A stretch of DNA of 64,000 bases from Nostoc sp. DedSLP01 (lineage in GTDB: Bacteria; Cyanobacteriota; Cyanobacteriia; Cyanobacteriales; Nostocaceae): positions 64,001-128,000 of the forward strand of contig JAVRCJ020000018.1 in the NCBI GenBank assembly GCA_034530875.2, read 5' to 3'. The stretch's first letter is position 1; each line of letters begins with the position of its first letter. The position numbers were made by a program, and so were the translations under genes. This document shows, one piece after another, positions 49,022-60,535 of this stretch. The notes below the pieces were generated by a model that saw only the letters and a list, made by a program, of their open reading frames with translations, did no database searches and was not told the DNA's origin.

Positions 49022-52000
49022 ATGAATATTAGCATTGCAGGTTACAACATCATCGAACTGCTTTATGACGGTACTACTACCTGCGTTTATCGAGGCTTAC
49101 GAGAATCAGACCAAAAATCTGTAATTATTAAAACTCTCAAATCTGAGTATCCGACGATAGAACAAGTATCGAGATTGCGACACGAGTATAAAATACTCCA
49201 AAATTTAGAAATAGAAGGGATTGTCAAACCCTTATCTTTGGATAATTACCAAAATGGTCTAGCATTAATTTTGTCAGACTTTGCAGGAGAAACTCTAAAA
49301 AACTTTATTATTAACAATAATTTACCATTAAACATTTTTTTAGATATTGCTATTCAATTAGCTTCTACCCTTGCTCAGTTACACCAAGCTAATATTATCC
49401 ACAAAGATATTAAACCCCACAATATTTTAATTAACCCAGATACAGGCAAAGTAAAAATTATTGATTTTAGTATTTCATCATGCCTATCTCAAGAAAACTT
49501 AAATGCGAGTAATTCTAATTTGCTAGAAGGTACCCTCGCCTATATGTCTCCAGAACAGACAGGAAGGATGAATCGTTCAATTGATTACCGCAGTGATTTT
49601 TACTCCTTAGGCGTTACTTTCTATGAAATGTTAACGGGACATCTACCTTTTCAAGCTCATGACTCATTAGAACTAGTTCATTATCACATTGCCAAAATTC
49701 CTATACCGCCTCAAGAAATTAACTCAGAAATTCCTTCAGTAGTTTCGGATATTGTGATGAAATTATTAGCCAAAACTGCTGAAGATAGATATCAAAATGC
49801 TTTGGGTTTAAAAGCCGACTTAGAACAATGCCTGCGACAACTACAAACAACTGGAAAAATTCAAAATTTTATCGTCGGTCAGCTTGATTTATATAGCCAA
49901 TTTGTCATTCCCCAAAAACTTTATGGCCGCGAGAAAGAAGTCGCCATTCTCATGAATGCCTTTGAGCGAGTAGCAAACCCCCCTATGTCCCCCCTTGCTA
50001 AGGGGGGATTAAGGGGGGTAGAGATGATGTTAGTAAGTGGGTACTCTGGTATCGGAAAATCCTGCTTAGTTAATGAAGTTCATAAACCCATAGTCCGCCA
50101 ACGAGGTTATTTTATTTCCGGTAAATTTGACCAATTTAAACGCAATATTCCATATACTTCTTTAATTCAAGCTTTTCAAGAATTGATTCGGCAGTTATTA
50201 ACAGAAAGCAGCGAACAAATAACAATTTGGCAAGCAAAACTTTTAGCTGCTTTGGGTAACAATGCTCAAGTTATTATTGATGTTATTCCCGAAGTAGAAA
50301 GAATTACCGGGTCTCAACCAGATGTTCCCCAATTAGGGCCTACTGAATCACAAAACCGATTTAATCGGCTGTTTAAGCAATTTATTCATGTATTTTGTCA
50401 GGCAGAACATCCATTGGTAGTATTTTTAGATGACTTACAGTGGGCAGATTCAGCCTCATTAAAATTAATTCAGTTGCTTGCTGGGGATGCAGATAGCCAA
50501 TATTTATTACTAATTGGTGCATATCGAGATAACGAAGTCAATGCCACTCATCCTTTGATATTAACTTTAGAGGAAATTCAAAAATCTGGTGCAGTTGTCA
50601 ACAATATTGTACTCCAGCCATTGCGAATTTCTCATGTTAACCAATTAGCGAGCGATACCCTGCATACCAGCTTAGAAAAGTCAGAGCCACTAGCCGATTT
50701 AGTTTATAACAAAACTCAAGGTAATCCTTTTTTCTTAACTCAGCTACTTAAATCTCTTTATCAAGAAAGATTGTTATTATTTAATTTCAACGAGCATTAC
50801 TGGCAGTGGGACATTCATCGTTTAGAAAATATTGATATCACCGATAATGTGGTTGAATTAATGGTCAGCCAGATTCAAAAGCTATTGCCGACTACACAGA
50901 ATGTTTTAAAGTTAGCTGCTTGTATTGGGGACAAATTTACTTTAGATATTCTCAGTATTGTTAATCAAAAATCTTTATCTGAAACTGCCAAAGATTTATG
51001 GGAGTCTTTACAGGCAGGATTAGTTCTTCCGTTAAATCAGTCTTATAAAATTCCCCTGGTATTTGATTCAGCGAATATAACGAATGTACCGGAAAATGGT
51101 CAGTCAAAGATTATCTACAAATTTTTGCATGACCGAGTGCAACAAGCCGCTTATACTTTGATTCTCCCAGAAGATAAAAAGCAAACTCACCTAAAAATTG
51201 GCGAACTATTACTCAAGCATACTCCTGAAGCCGAACTCGAAGAAAATATATTTGAAATTGTTAACCAGTTAAATGTCGGGGCCCAATTAATTAGCCAGCA
51301 ATCTCAAAAAGATGAACTCGCACAACTTAATTTAATTGCTGGTAAGAAAGCTAAAGCCGCCACAGCTTATGAAACTGCCGTTCGGTATTTATCCACAGGG
51401 CTAGAACTTCTGTCTGATGATAGCTGGGATCGTAAATATAATTTGACATTAGATTTGTATGTGGAAGCAACAGGAGCCGAGTATTTAAATCTCAATGTCG
51501 AACGAGCAACAAATCTGGCGGAAGTAGTTCTTAAACAGGCGAAAAGTCTGCTAGATAAAGTCAAAATTTATGAACTACAAATGCTGTTTTATATCCAGAG
51601 AAACCAGATGAAAACTGCCTTGGAAACTGGGCTAAAAGTTCTGGATATGATGGGTGTAACTCTGGCAACTGTTCCGCCTGAAAAGATGGATGTAGAGGAG
51701 TTGGCGAACCGACCAGAAATGACTAATGCAGAGCATTTAGCAATCATGCGGATTTTGGTTAGCTGTGCGGCTCCCGCTTATGCAACTACGCCAGAAGTAT
51801 TTCCGAGTATTGCTTTTACGCTTGTTAACCAAAGCGTCGAACGTGGTAATACATCACTCTCAGCATTTGGATATGCTCTTTATGGTTTAATTCTCTGCGC
51901 CTTGTTAGGAGATATTGAAACAGGATATCGTTATGGCAAACTCGGTTTAAAGTTGTTAGAGCAATTTAATGCCAAACAATTAAAAGCGGCTGTTCACAAT

Positions 52001-55000
52001 ATAGTTCACGGTCATATTCTCCATTGGAAAGAACATGCTAGAGTCTGTATCGATCCTTTGTTGGATGGCGTGCAGACAGGGTTAGAATTTGGCGATTTAG
52101 AATGGTCTGGTTACGATTTTTTCTATGCTTGCGACCAGATGTTTTTTATTGGTCAGCCGCTAGAAGCAGTTGCACAGAAGCAAGCCCAACATCTTGATTC
52201 TGTTATCAAACTCAAACTCGATTTTCCTAGTTTTTACCTCAAGAGTTGGCGAATTACAGTCTTAAAATTACTCGACGCACCAGAGGAAGAATATCATTGT
52301 CATGGCGAAATTCTCGATGCTGATACGCTGTTAACAAAAATAATTAAAGTCGAGAACAATATGTTATTGTTTGCGGCTTATTTTTCCAGGGTTGTTCTCT
52401 ATTATTTTACTAAAGATTACGAGCGATCGCTCCACTATACGACTTTATCAGAAAAACATTTAGGAGGAGTCAACGGTATTAGTCTCAATGGCACTTATAG
52501 GTTATATTATTCTCTTGCTTTGTTAGCTCAATATCCCCATGTTTCCAAGGAAGAACAATCACAAATTATCGAAAAAGTTACCGAAAATCAACAGAAATTA
52601 CAAGAATGGGCAATTCATGCTCCGATGAACTTTCAGCACAAATACGATTTAGTGGAAGCAGAAAAAGCGCGAGTTTTGGGGCAAAGTTTAGTAGCAATGG
52701 ATCTGTACGATCGCGCCATCTCTAACGCCAAAGAACAAGGATTTCTCCATGAAGAAGCAGTAGCCTCAGAATTAGCAGCTGAGTTTTATTTTGCGCGTGG
52801 TAGGGAGAACGTTGCTAGAGATTATTTAACCCAATCTTACTATGCTTACGCTCAGTGGGGAGCAAACCTCAAACTGAAAGCTTTTGAGGCCAAATATCCA
52901 CATATTTTCTCCCGCACGCTGAAGCGAAAAACTAAAAGTTTGGAGGTCAATCAGACAATTAGCTCTACAACGACCGGTAGTCCTGGGGTTTTAGATTTAG
53001 CCGCAGTTATGAAAGCATCGCAAGCACTTTCTGGAGAAATTGTCCTGGATAAATTGCTGACTAATTTGATGCAAATTTTAATTGAAAATGCAGGTGCCCA
53101 AAAGGGATTTTTAATTTTAGAAACAGCAGAAAAATTACAAATAGCAGCTTCAGGAAGTATAGATAAACATGAAATTAATATCGAGCGATCGCTTCCTGTA
53201 GAAACTAGTCAGCAGCTACCAATTTCTATTATCAACTACGTCCAGAGAACCCAGAAAGATGTTGTTCTCAATGATGCTAACAATGAAAATGTATTTAACC
53301 TCGATAACTATATCCTCACCCAAAAGCCTAAATCTATTTTATGTACGCCAATCGTCAATCAAGGAAAGCTGATTGCTATTCTTTATTTAGAAAATAATTT
53401 AACAACTGGGGCATTTACACCAGAACGTTTGGAAGTGTTAAAACTTTTATCATCGCAAGCGGCAATCTCAATTGAAAATGCGCGTCTTTATCACGATTTA
53501 GAAGAGTATAATAGAACGCTGGAAGTCAGAGTCAAAGAACGAACTCTAGAATTACAAGCTAAAAATTTGCAACTGCAACAAGAAATTTGCGATCGCCAAA
53601 AAGCAGAAGAAGTCGCAGCGGCCGCCAACCGCGCCAAAAGCGAGTTTTTAGCTAGTATGAGTCACGAACTCCGCACGCCGCTTAATGGGATTTTAGGCTA
53701 TGCTCAAATTTTTAAGAAAAATCAAAACTTAACAACTCAGCAACAGAATGGTGTAAACATCATTCATCAATGCGGCGAACATCTATTAACGCTAATTAAT
53801 GATATTTTAGATATCTCTAAAATTGAAGCTCGCAAATTAGAATTATATCCCACAGAATTTTACTTTCCAGATTTTATTGAAGGTATTGTACAAATCTGCC
53901 GTATCCGTAGCGAACAAAAAGGAATTGCTTTAATTTATCAGCAACTTTCTGGGCTACCTAAAGTTGTGAAAGCGGATGAAAAACGTTTGCGCCAGGTTTT
54001 AATTAATCTACTGAGTAATGCTGTCAAATTTACAGAAAAAGGTACTGTAACTTTTCAGGTAGGATATCATGAGGGAAAATTAAGGTTTCAAGTAGAAGAT
54101 ACTGGAATCGGTATTGCCGAAGAACAATTAGAAGAAATATTTTTGCCATTTAAGCAAGTAGGCGAAGATAGCCGCAAGACTGAAGGCACAGGATTAGGTT
54201 TGGCAATTAGCCGTCAATTAGTTGAAATGATGGGCGGTGAAATTAAGGTGAAAAGTACCTTAGGTAAAGGTAGTATTTTCTGGATAGATTTAGTTTTACC
54301 CGAAGTTTTATCACCAATTAGCGTGAATAAATTTGACGAACGTAACATTATTAGTTTTATAGGCGACAAAAAGAAAGTTTTAGTAGTAGATGATAAATGG
54401 CAAAATCGTTCTGTTTTAGTAAATTTATTAGAGCCTTTAGGTTTTGAAGTTTTAGAAGCCACAGATGGTTTAGACTGTCTCAAAAAAGCACCAGAGTTTA
54501 AGCCAGATGTGATTTTTATGGACTTAGTTATGAGTGTGATGGATGGTTTTGAAGCCACCCGTCGTTTGAGAATGTTACCAGAGTTAAAGGAAGCAGTAGT
54601 AATTGCTATATCAGCCAGCGTTTTTGATTTTGATAAAGAACAGAGTCGAGAAGTAGGTTGTGATGATTTTCTTCCCAAGCCGTTCCGAGTTGAGGAACTT
54701 TTAGAAAAGTTAAGAGTTTACTTGGGATTGGAATGGGTATATGAAGAAATAAAAAACGATCTTACAAAGCCAGAAGATGTTAAATTAAAATCAAAAATTC
54801 AAAATCAAGATTTGATTGCTCCTCCAGCAGAGGAAATGGCAATTTTACTCGACTTAGCAATCAGGGGTAACCTAAGGAGTATTGCACAAAGAGCAGCAAA
54901 ACTAGAAGAGTTGGATGAAAAGTGGTTGCCGTTTGCTACTCATTTACGCCAACTGGCTAAAGAATTTAAATGCAAACAAATCGTAAGTTTCATTAAAGAA

Positions 55001-55018
55001 TATTCACAGTCAAGATGA
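49022..55018 (+). CDS. Ser/Thr kinase + AAA ATPase + GAF + histidine kinase + receiver
   Basis: HKDIKPHNI, YMSPEQTGRMNR, GYSGIGKS, GAF, SHELRTP, GTGLGL, FMDLVM. Confidence 0.94.
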   Translation: MNISIAGYNIIELLYDGTTTCVYRGLRESDQKSVIIKTLKSEYPTIEQVSRLRHEYKILQNLEIEGIVKPLSLDNYQNGLALILSDFAGETLKNFIINNNLPLNIFLDIAIQLASTLAQLHQANIIHKDIKPHNILINPDTGKVKIIDFSISSCLSQENLNASNSNLLEGTLAYMSPEQTGRMNRSIDYRSDFYSLGVTFYEMLTGHLPFQAHDSLELVHYHIAKIPIPPQEINSEIPSVVSDIVMKLLAKTAEDRYQNALGLKADLEQCLRQLQTTGKIQNFIVGQLDLYSQFVIPQKLYGREKEVAILMNAFERVANPPMSPLAKGGLRGVEMMLVSGYSGIGKSCLVNEVHKPIVRQRGYFISGKFDQFKRNIPYTSLIQAFQELIRQLLTESSEQITIWQAKLLAALGNNAQVIIDVIPEVERITGSQPDVPQLGPTESQNRFNRLFKQFIHVFCQAEHPLVVFLDDLQWADSASLKLIQLLAGDADSQYLLLIGAYRDNEVNATHPLILTLEEIQKSGAVVNNIVLQPLRISHVNQLASDTLHTSLEKSEPLADLVYNKTQGNPFFLTQLLKSLYQERLLLFNFNEHYWQWDIHRLENIDITDNVVELMVSQIQKLLPTTQNVLKLAACIGDKFTLDILSIVNQKSLSETAKDLWESLQAGLVLPLNQSYKIPLVFDSANITNVPENGQSKIIYKFLHDRVQQAAYTLILPEDKKQTHLKIGELLLKHTPEAELEENIFEIVNQLNVGAQLISQQSQKDELAQLNLIAGKKAKAATAYETAVRYLSTGLELLSDDSWDRKYNLTLDLYVEATGAEYLNLNVERATNLAEVVLKQAKSLLDKVKIYELQMLFYIQRNQMKTALETGLKVLDMMGVTLATVPPEKMDVEELANRPEMTNAEHLAIMRILVSCAAPAYATTPEVFPSIAFTLVNQSVERGNTSLSAFGYALYGLILCALLGDIETGYRYGKLGLKLLEQFNAKQLKAAVHNIVHGHILHWKEHARVCIDPLLDGVQTGLEFGDLEWSGYDFFYACDQMFFIGQPLEAVAQKQAQHLDSVIKLKLDFPSFYLKSWRITVLKLLDAPEEEYHCHGEILDADTLLTKIIKVENNMLLFAAYFSRVVLYYFTKDYERSLHYTTLSEKHLGGVNGISLNGTYRLYYSLALLAQYPHVSKEEQSQIIEKVTENQQKLQEWAIHAPMNFQHKYDLVEAEKARVLGQSLVAMDLYDRAISNAKEQGFLHEEAVASELAAEFYFARGRENVARDYLTQSYYAYAQWGANLKLKAFEAKYPHIFSRTLKRKTKSLEVNQTISSTTTGSPGVLDLAAVMKASQALSGEIVLDKLLTNLMQILIENAGAQKGFLILETAEKLQIAASGSIDKHEINIERSLPVETSQQLPISIINYVQRTQKDVVLNDANNENVFNLDNYILTQKPKSILCTPIVNQGKLIAILYLENNLTTGAFTPERLEVLKLLSSQAAISIENARLYHDLEEYNRTLEVRVKERTLELQAKNLQLQQEICDRQKAEEVAAAANRAKSEFLASMSHELRTPLNGILGYAQIFKKNQNLTTQQQNGVNIIHQCGEHLLTLINDILDISKIEARKLELYPTEFYFPDFIEGIVQICRIRSEQKGIALIYQQLSGLPKVVKADEKRLRQVLINLLSNAVKFTEKGTVTFQVGYHEGKLRFQVEDTGIGIAEEQLEEIFLPFKQVGEDSRKTEGTGLGLAISRQLVEMMGGEIKVKSTLGKGSIFWIDLVLPEVLSPISVNKFDERNIISFIGDKKKVLVVDDKWQNRSVLVNLLEPLGFEVLEATDGLDCLKKAPEFKPDVIFMDLVMSVMDGFEATRRLRMLPELKEAVVIAISASVFDFDKEQSREVGCDDFLPKPFRVEELLEKLRVYLGLEWVYEEIKNDLTKPEDVKLKSKIQNQDLIAPPAEEMAILLDLAIRGNLRSIAQRAAKLEELDEKWLPFATHLRQLAKEFKCKQIVSFIKEYSQSR
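49977..50019. repeat. G/C palindromic repeat inserted in frame in the kinase gene
   Basis: ACCCCCCT..TCCCCCCTTGCTAAGGGGGGA..AGGGGGGT encoding PPMSPLAKGGLRG. Confidence 0.75.
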
Positions 55019-55332
55019 ATACAGTTAACAACTTAGAAGGGAAAAGGGAAATGCTCCTAATTAAAATTAAGAGATTTATCTAAGTACATATTTCTTTTGT
55101 GACTATAATGTATCGAAAAAAATGTTTTCACTTGTGTTAATAAATAATGGTGCTACTGGCCTACAATTGGCACAAAATTCGATGCAATTGCCTGTTGACC
55201 TTTCCCTGCCCTAAATCTAGATTTCTAGAGTTTTCGTAGCTTATTTCTATTTATTCCCTGCTACTTAATTTAGTAGTCAACTGTATAAATTATTTTCCTT
55301 TTTACTCTCGGTGTGATTTTAAAAGAGGTTTT

Positions 55333-57333
55333 ATGGATCCTGATTTTAATGATAAAGGCGTTATCTTAATTGTCGATGACAACCCGGCAAATTTAGAAAT
55401 GTTGCTGGAGTTCTTAGCTGATGCAGGATTTACTGTTTTGGTTGCGGAAGATGGCGAAAGCGCGATCGCTGGATGCGAATATGCCCCACCAGACATGATT
55501 CTGTTAGACATATTAATGCCAGTAATCGACGGTTTTGAAACTTGCCAGCGTTTGAAAGCGAATCCTTTAACACAGGATATTCCAATTATTTTCATGACCG
55601 CACTCACGGAAAGCGTCGATAAAGTCAAAGGCTTGAGTTTGGGAGCAGTGGATTATATTACTAAACCGCTACAGCACGAAGAAGTTTTAGCGCGGATTGA
55701 ACTTCATTTAAAGCTGCGTAACTTAACCAAGACACTACAAGAGCAAAATCAGCGTTTAGAGAAGGAAATTGCTGAGCGCAAGCAAGCGGAACAAAAAATC
55801 CGCGAACAAGCTGCTTTGCTAGATATCACTACAGATGCAATTCTCGTTAGAGATTTCAACAATCAAATCAGCTTTTGGAACCGAGGGGCTGAAAATTTAT
55901 ACGGATGGCAAGCAACAGAAGTAATTAGTAAAGATGCTAATCAAATTTTGTATCGGCCGGATTTTTTACCACAACTACAAAATGTCCAAAAAAGTCTTAC
56001 TGAGTATGGCTATTGGCAAGGTGAGTTAGAGCAAGTTACCAGAGAAGGTAAAAAAATTATTGTTGCTAGTCGCTGGACTTTAATGGGCGATCGAGATGGA
56101 CAACCTAAATCGATTCTGACAGTTAACACTGATATTACAGAAAGAAAACAACTTGAAACTCAATTTCTCCGCACTCAGCGTTTAGAAAGTTTGGGTACCC
56201 TTGCTGGCGGCATTGCCCATGACTTAAACAATATACTGACACCAATTTTATCAGCCGCACAATTACTACAACTAAAACATCCTGATTCTGATGAATGGAG
56301 TCAGCAAATGTTTAAAATGATAGAAACGAACACTAAACGGGGAGCAGCTTTAGTTAAGCAAGTGCTACAGTTTGCCCGCGGAGTTGATGGGAAGCGAACA
56401 ATTGTTTTAATTAACAATTTGTTCTCAGAAATTGAACAGATTGTGCATGGCACATTTCCCAAATCCATAGAATTTTCTCTTAATATTCAGCCAGACCTTT
56501 GGGCTGTAATTGGAGATGGCACGCATTTGCATCAAGTAATGATGAATCTGATAGTCAATGCTCGTGATGCCATGCCCAATGGTGGTACTCTCAGTATTTC
56601 TGCAAAAAATTTGTTAATTGACGAACAATATGTGCGGATGAATTTAGAGGCTAATGTCGGCCCCTACATTGTCATCACTGTTGCGGATACAGGAATTGGA
56701 ATGTCGCCAGAAATCTTAGATAGAATATTTGAACCGTTTTTCACTACTAAAGAGATTGGTAAAGGTACGGGTTTGGGTCTTTCAACAGTGAGAGGAATCG
56801 TCAAAAGTCACGATGGTTTTATTAACGTGCATAGCGAAATTGGTAAAGGAACTGAATTTAAATTGTTCTTACCAGCGATAAAGACAATGGCAACATCACT
56901 AACCGAAAATCTCGATTTCCCATTTGGAAATCAAGAATTAATTTTAGTTGTAGATGATGAAGCGAAAATTCTCGAAACGACTCAAAATTCATTAGAAAGC
57001 TATAACTACAAAGTAGTAACTGCCAAAGATGGTATTGAAGCGATCGCACTTTATGCCCGCTACCAAGATAAAATCAGCGTAGTTTTGGTAGATATGATGA
57101 TGCCGTTAATGGATGGCACAATTACCATTCGCACATTGCAAAAAATGAATCCATCAGTCAAGATTATTGCTGTTAGCGGTATACTGGGCAGCAATAAAAT
57201 TACCAAAAATGCGACTGTCAACAAATTTATTTCTAAGCCCTATACAACTCAAGAATTATTGCAAACTTTACACGAGGTTATTTGCCAAGAACCAACAAAT
57301 GTTACTCCCAGTTTCACCAATCAGGTTATTTAA
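55333..57333 (+). CDS. Hybrid kinase REC-PAS-HK-REC
   Basis: LLDILMP, PAS, IAHDLNN, GTGLGL, LVDMMMP. Confidence 0.93.
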   Translation: MDPDFNDKGVILIVDDNPANLEMLLEFLADAGFTVLVAEDGESAIAGCEYAPPDMILLDILMPVIDGFETCQRLKANPLTQDIPIIFMTALTESVDKVKGLSLGAVDYITKPLQHEEVLARIELHLKLRNLTKTLQEQNQRLEKEIAERKQAEQKIREQAALLDITTDAILVRDFNNQISFWNRGAENLYGWQATEVISKDANQILYRPDFLPQLQNVQKSLTEYGYWQGELEQVTREGKKIIVASRWTLMGDRDGQPKSILTVNTDITERKQLETQFLRTQRLESLGTLAGGIAHDLNNILTPILSAAQLLQLKHPDSDEWSQQMFKMIETNTKRGAALVKQVLQFARGVDGKRTIVLINNLFSEIEQIVHGTFPKSIEFSLNIQPDLWAVIGDGTHLHQVMMNLIVNARDAMPNGGTLSISAKNLLIDEQYVRMNLEANVGPYIVITVADTGIGMSPEILDRIFEPFFTTKEIGKGTGLGLSTVRGIVKSHDGFINVHSEIGKGTEFKLFLPAIKTMATSLTENLDFPFGNQELILVVDDEAKILETTQNSLESYNYKVVTAKDGIEAIALYARYQDKISVVLVDMMMPLMDGTITIRTLQKMNPSVKIIAVSGILGSNKITKNATVNKFISKPYTTQELLQTLHEVICQEPTNVTPSFTNQVI

Positions 57334-57341
57334 ATTGAGTT

Positions 57342-57424
57342 GGAGTGTGGGGAGTGTGGGGAGTGTGGGGAGATGGGGAGTGTGGGGAGTGTGGGGAGTG
57401 TGGGGAGATGGGGAGTGTGGGGAG
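57342..57424. repeat. G-rich 9/8-bp tandem repeat (GGGGAGTGT / GGGGAGAT)
   Basis: About nine units, followed by a complementary C-rich tract at 57439-57469. Confidence 0.9.
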
Positions 57425-57467
57425 AAAGAGAATTTATGCCCCCCTCTCTTCCCACACCTCCCACACC

Positions 57468-57497
57468 CCTGGATTTATCACAAGTGATAAATCCAGG
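57468..57497. terminator. Perfect 14-bp hairpin between convergent genes
   Basis: CCTGGATTTATCAC-AA-GTGATAAATCCAGG. Confidence 0.55.
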
Positions 57498-57498
57498 A

Positions 57499-58137
57499 TT
57501 ATGTTCCCGCACGAGAGCGAAGATCGTCTGGTATATGATGGCGATCGCCTAATATTTCTAACAAAGGGCCATTAACGTCAAATTTCACCATACTTACCGA
57601 CGCGACCAAAATATTCACCCGGTAGCGATAGCGCCCTAAATCAATTCCCAGCAAACTGCAAAGCATAATCCGAATTGTGGCTTTATGGGAAACTACTAGA
57701 ACATTACCTTGGGGATGTTTTTCTTGAATTTCAGCAATTACAGGCATAGAACGGTTAACAATATCCACCGCAGTTTCTCCACCTAGCGGTGCATTCCAGG
57801 CTGGTTCTGTCAACCATTTTACATAGTTTTCTGGGTAATTCTCTTGAACAAACGATTTACTCTTAGTTTCCCATTCGCCGTAACTACCTTCTCTAAGTCC
57901 GTCACGCAACTGCATATCCATGCCGATAGCATCACAAAATGGCTTAGCAGTTGCAATTGTGCGCTTCATCGGGCTAACATAAACTGCTTCCCACTTTAAT
58001 TTTCGATAAACATCGGCAAAACTCTCTGCCATCTGTATCCCTTCAGAAGTCAACTGCGCATCAGTTTCACCGCAGAAATTACCACTCTGGCTAAAAGTAG
58101 TTTCTCCATGTCGCAGTAAATATAAATTTAGTGTCAT
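57499..58137 (-). CDS. Histidine phosphatase (phosphoglycerate mutase) family protein
   Basis: LLRHGET, SPMKR, LREGSYGEWE, VVSHK; likely start MTLNLYLL. Confidence 0.9.
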   Translation of the reverse strand: MTLNLYLLRHGETTFSQSGNFCGETDAQLTSEGIQMAESFADVYRKLKWEAVYVSPMKRTIATAKPFCDAIGMDMQLRDGLREGSYGEWETKSKSFVQENYPENYVKWLTEPAWNAPLGGETAVDIVNRSMPVIAEIQEKHPQGNVLVVSHKATIRIMLCSLLGIDLGRYRYRVNILVASVSMVKFDVNGPLLEILGDRHHIPDDLRSRAGT

Positions 58138-58394
58138 AGCTTGTATTGCGATTGGGATAAAGGAGTTTGTGCAAACATAAAGTAACATCAATTTTGCAAT
58201 CGAGTATGTGACACCAGGACAAAGTAATCAGCCAAAAAAGTCAATTAAACACAAATTGATGCATTATCCTTCTGCGATCGCCAATTATTACCATCTTGGA
58301 GTTATAAATTATTTTTGATAAATCTAGCTATTGCTAGATGTTGTTATTTTGCTAAAAGCTATAATCTACATCTGTTGCACCGAGAGATTCACTT

Positions 58395-59729
58395 GTGGAT
58401 GCCATATTAGAACGATCGCAGGAATTAAAACAAGCTTTAGTTGATTTCGTCCTCGACGCAGAAGGCGAACTAGCACAAGCGCTGGAGACTTACGCAGCCG
58501 CACAGTTGCGGCGTGGAAGTGGCGATAGTACGCAGCAAGACTTAATTGTAGACACCTTTGTTACGGAAGGTAAAGTCGGCGATCGCTCTCCATTAGATTT
58601 GTTTATCGAAAGCCATCCAGATTTAGACGAGAGCGATCGTAGTTTAATCGCTAGTTGGCATCGCAGTTTTATTGGCTTATTTGCCATTACTAACATCCTA
58701 CCTGATGGTTTTGAATTAACCAACTGGCTGACAGATAAACACTACATCGTCAAACCAAACAATCCTCAAACATTACAGGCAATATCTCGTTTGAAAGTCG
58801 GAGAAATTTTATTAACTCGCATTTCTCCTATTACCGATACTTACTGGATGTTCTCTGGGCCTTACACACTCATGGGTAAATTAGGGAAACCAAAACTTGC
58901 AGTAGCAATTGGTAACTTTAAGCAAAATTATAAAAGTAATCTTTACAGCGATGCTCCCGAATTACTAGAAGAAGCTTGGGAATCAGTAGTAAAATATCAT
59001 CAACAATTTGTAGAATTTTTTGGTAGCGATGAAATTACATTACCCGGTTACCAACTAAATAAAAAAATAGCTGAATTTCAAGAATTAATTACAGAAAAAA
59101 CCTTGGCAGCAGCAGGGATTGATACTTCTAAATCTCTTTCTGAAGTTGCACAAGAAGCTGGTATTGATGATGAGGAAATCAAAGCGGCGGCAGCAGAATT
59201 AGGCGCTGACTCCAATGCAGTTTCTCAGATATTTAACAATAATAAGGGCAATAGCAAAATGGTAATGCCCAAGGTTGATTTACCGCCTGAGCTGAAGAAA
59301 GCAGAACAGGTAACGGCTTTTTCTCATCCTCGCTGGGGGCAAATATTTTTACCAACATATACAAAAGTACAAACAATATTATCAGCACAAGATTGGCAAA
59401 GTGTTGAAGGTGCCCAAAAACTAATTCGCTTCTACCTGGAAGATAAAAGTATTAATGCTTTTATTTGGCATCGATTAGCCAAACAGTATCCAACTCAATT
59501 AGAAAATGTATTGCAAACATTTCTGCAACGTCCAGATTTTCGCCTTGAAAGCGATTTAGATAAACTTTTGCAAGAATTCGACAAACCTATTGAGCCAGAG
59601 TTACCAGAAATTGCTAGCGTCCCGATACATCTACACAATTTATTTCAAGAAGCTTTAACAGAGGTAAATAAATCTAAGCCGAAGAGTAAAGGGCAACAAA
59701 AAACAGCAAAGGGTTTTCAAAAAAGTTAG
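58395..59729 (+). CDS. Hypothetical protein
   Basis: 444-aa ORF, GTG start, HIP1-containing, native composition. Confidence 0.8.
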   Translation: MDAILERSQELKQALVDFVLDAEGELAQALETYAAAQLRRGSGDSTQQDLIVDTFVTEGKVGDRSPLDLFIESHPDLDESDRSLIASWHRSFIGLFAITNILPDGFELTNWLTDKHYIVKPNNPQTLQAISRLKVGEILLTRISPITDTYWMFSGPYTLMGKLGKPKLAVAIGNFKQNYKSNLYSDAPELLEEAWESVVKYHQQFVEFFGSDEITLPGYQLNKKIAEFQELITEKTLAAAGIDTSKSLSEVAQEAGIDDEEIKAAAAELGADSNAVSQIFNNNKGNSKMVMPKVDLPPELKKAEQVTAFSHPRWGQIFLPTYTKVQTILSAQDWQSVEGAQKLIRFYLEDKSINAFIWHRLAKQYPTQLENVLQTFLQRPDFRLESDLDKLLQEFDKPIEPELPEIASVPIHLHNLFQEALTEVNKSKPKSKGQQKTAKGFQKS

Positions 59730-59888
59730 CAGATAAATTAGTATGTAGGGTGTGTTATGGCGTAGCCTAACGCACCGCTAACAATTGAATCTGCTTTACC
59801 GTCAGTAATAAGAAAACGTGAGTTAATTCAAATTGATACTTCTTGCCATACATTGAATTTTTCTCACTAACTTACTAAACATCTAAAG

Positions 59889-60320
59889 CTAGGTAGATAG
59901 TAAGCGAATAATCTCATTTACAATTTCCTCTGGACTCTCAAGCTTGATCATAAATCGATCGAAGCCAGCATTCAATGCTTTGTTGCTTGATACTTCTCGT
60001 GTATAAGAAGTAATAGCGATCGCAGGTAATTGCCTTATAGATGAGGAAGAATGTACTCTAATTTGCTCAATTAACCAATTTCCATCACGATTTGGTAACC
60101 TCATATTGCACAGCAAAAGGGCGGGATTGAGCCTTTCAACTAAAGCCAGGGCTTCTTCTGCATTGGTCAAAGCTATCACCTGGGCGCCAGCTTGTTCCAA
60201 AATGAAGATCAGCAAATCTGCAATCTCTGGCTCATCCTCTACCAATAAGATTGAGATTCCAAACAGGTTATCGAGCGATTTTAACTTAGTTTGTTGGTTG
60301 ATTTTTTGCTCCGTTCCCAT
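59889..60320 (-). CDS. Single-domain response regulator with atypical phospho-acceptor
   Basis: ILLVEDE...LLLCNMRLP (N in place of the acceptor D), AIAITSY; likely start MGTEQKIN. Confidence 0.8.
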   Translation of the reverse strand: MGTEQKINQQTKLKSLDNLFGISILLVEDEPEIADLLIFILEQAGAQVIALTNAEEALALVERLNPALLLCNMRLPNRDGNWLIEQIRVHSSSSIRQLPAIAITSYTREVSSNKALNAGFDRFMIKLESPEEIVNEIIRLLST

Positions 60321-60535
60321 ACCGTCTTTTAATTGTCTGTTACAGTACCCCCTTTTTATTGGAACGCATCGACTCAAATAAGTGTTCACCCTAAATACAC
60401 AAATTTGAGATGAAAAGCTCTGACTTGTAAGTGGGGAGTAGGGAGTAGGGAGTAGGGGAAAGGCCACTTTCATACTTGGTGGTGAAACTTGTTTCGTCCT
60501 CCTGCCTCCTTAAACTACATCCCACACCCTTGCTA

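Noticed and set aside
57167..57575. ORFs with CGECGE / WGVWGV / PHSPH repeats
   Set aside because: Artefacts of the 9-bp G-rich tandem repeat, open in several frames.
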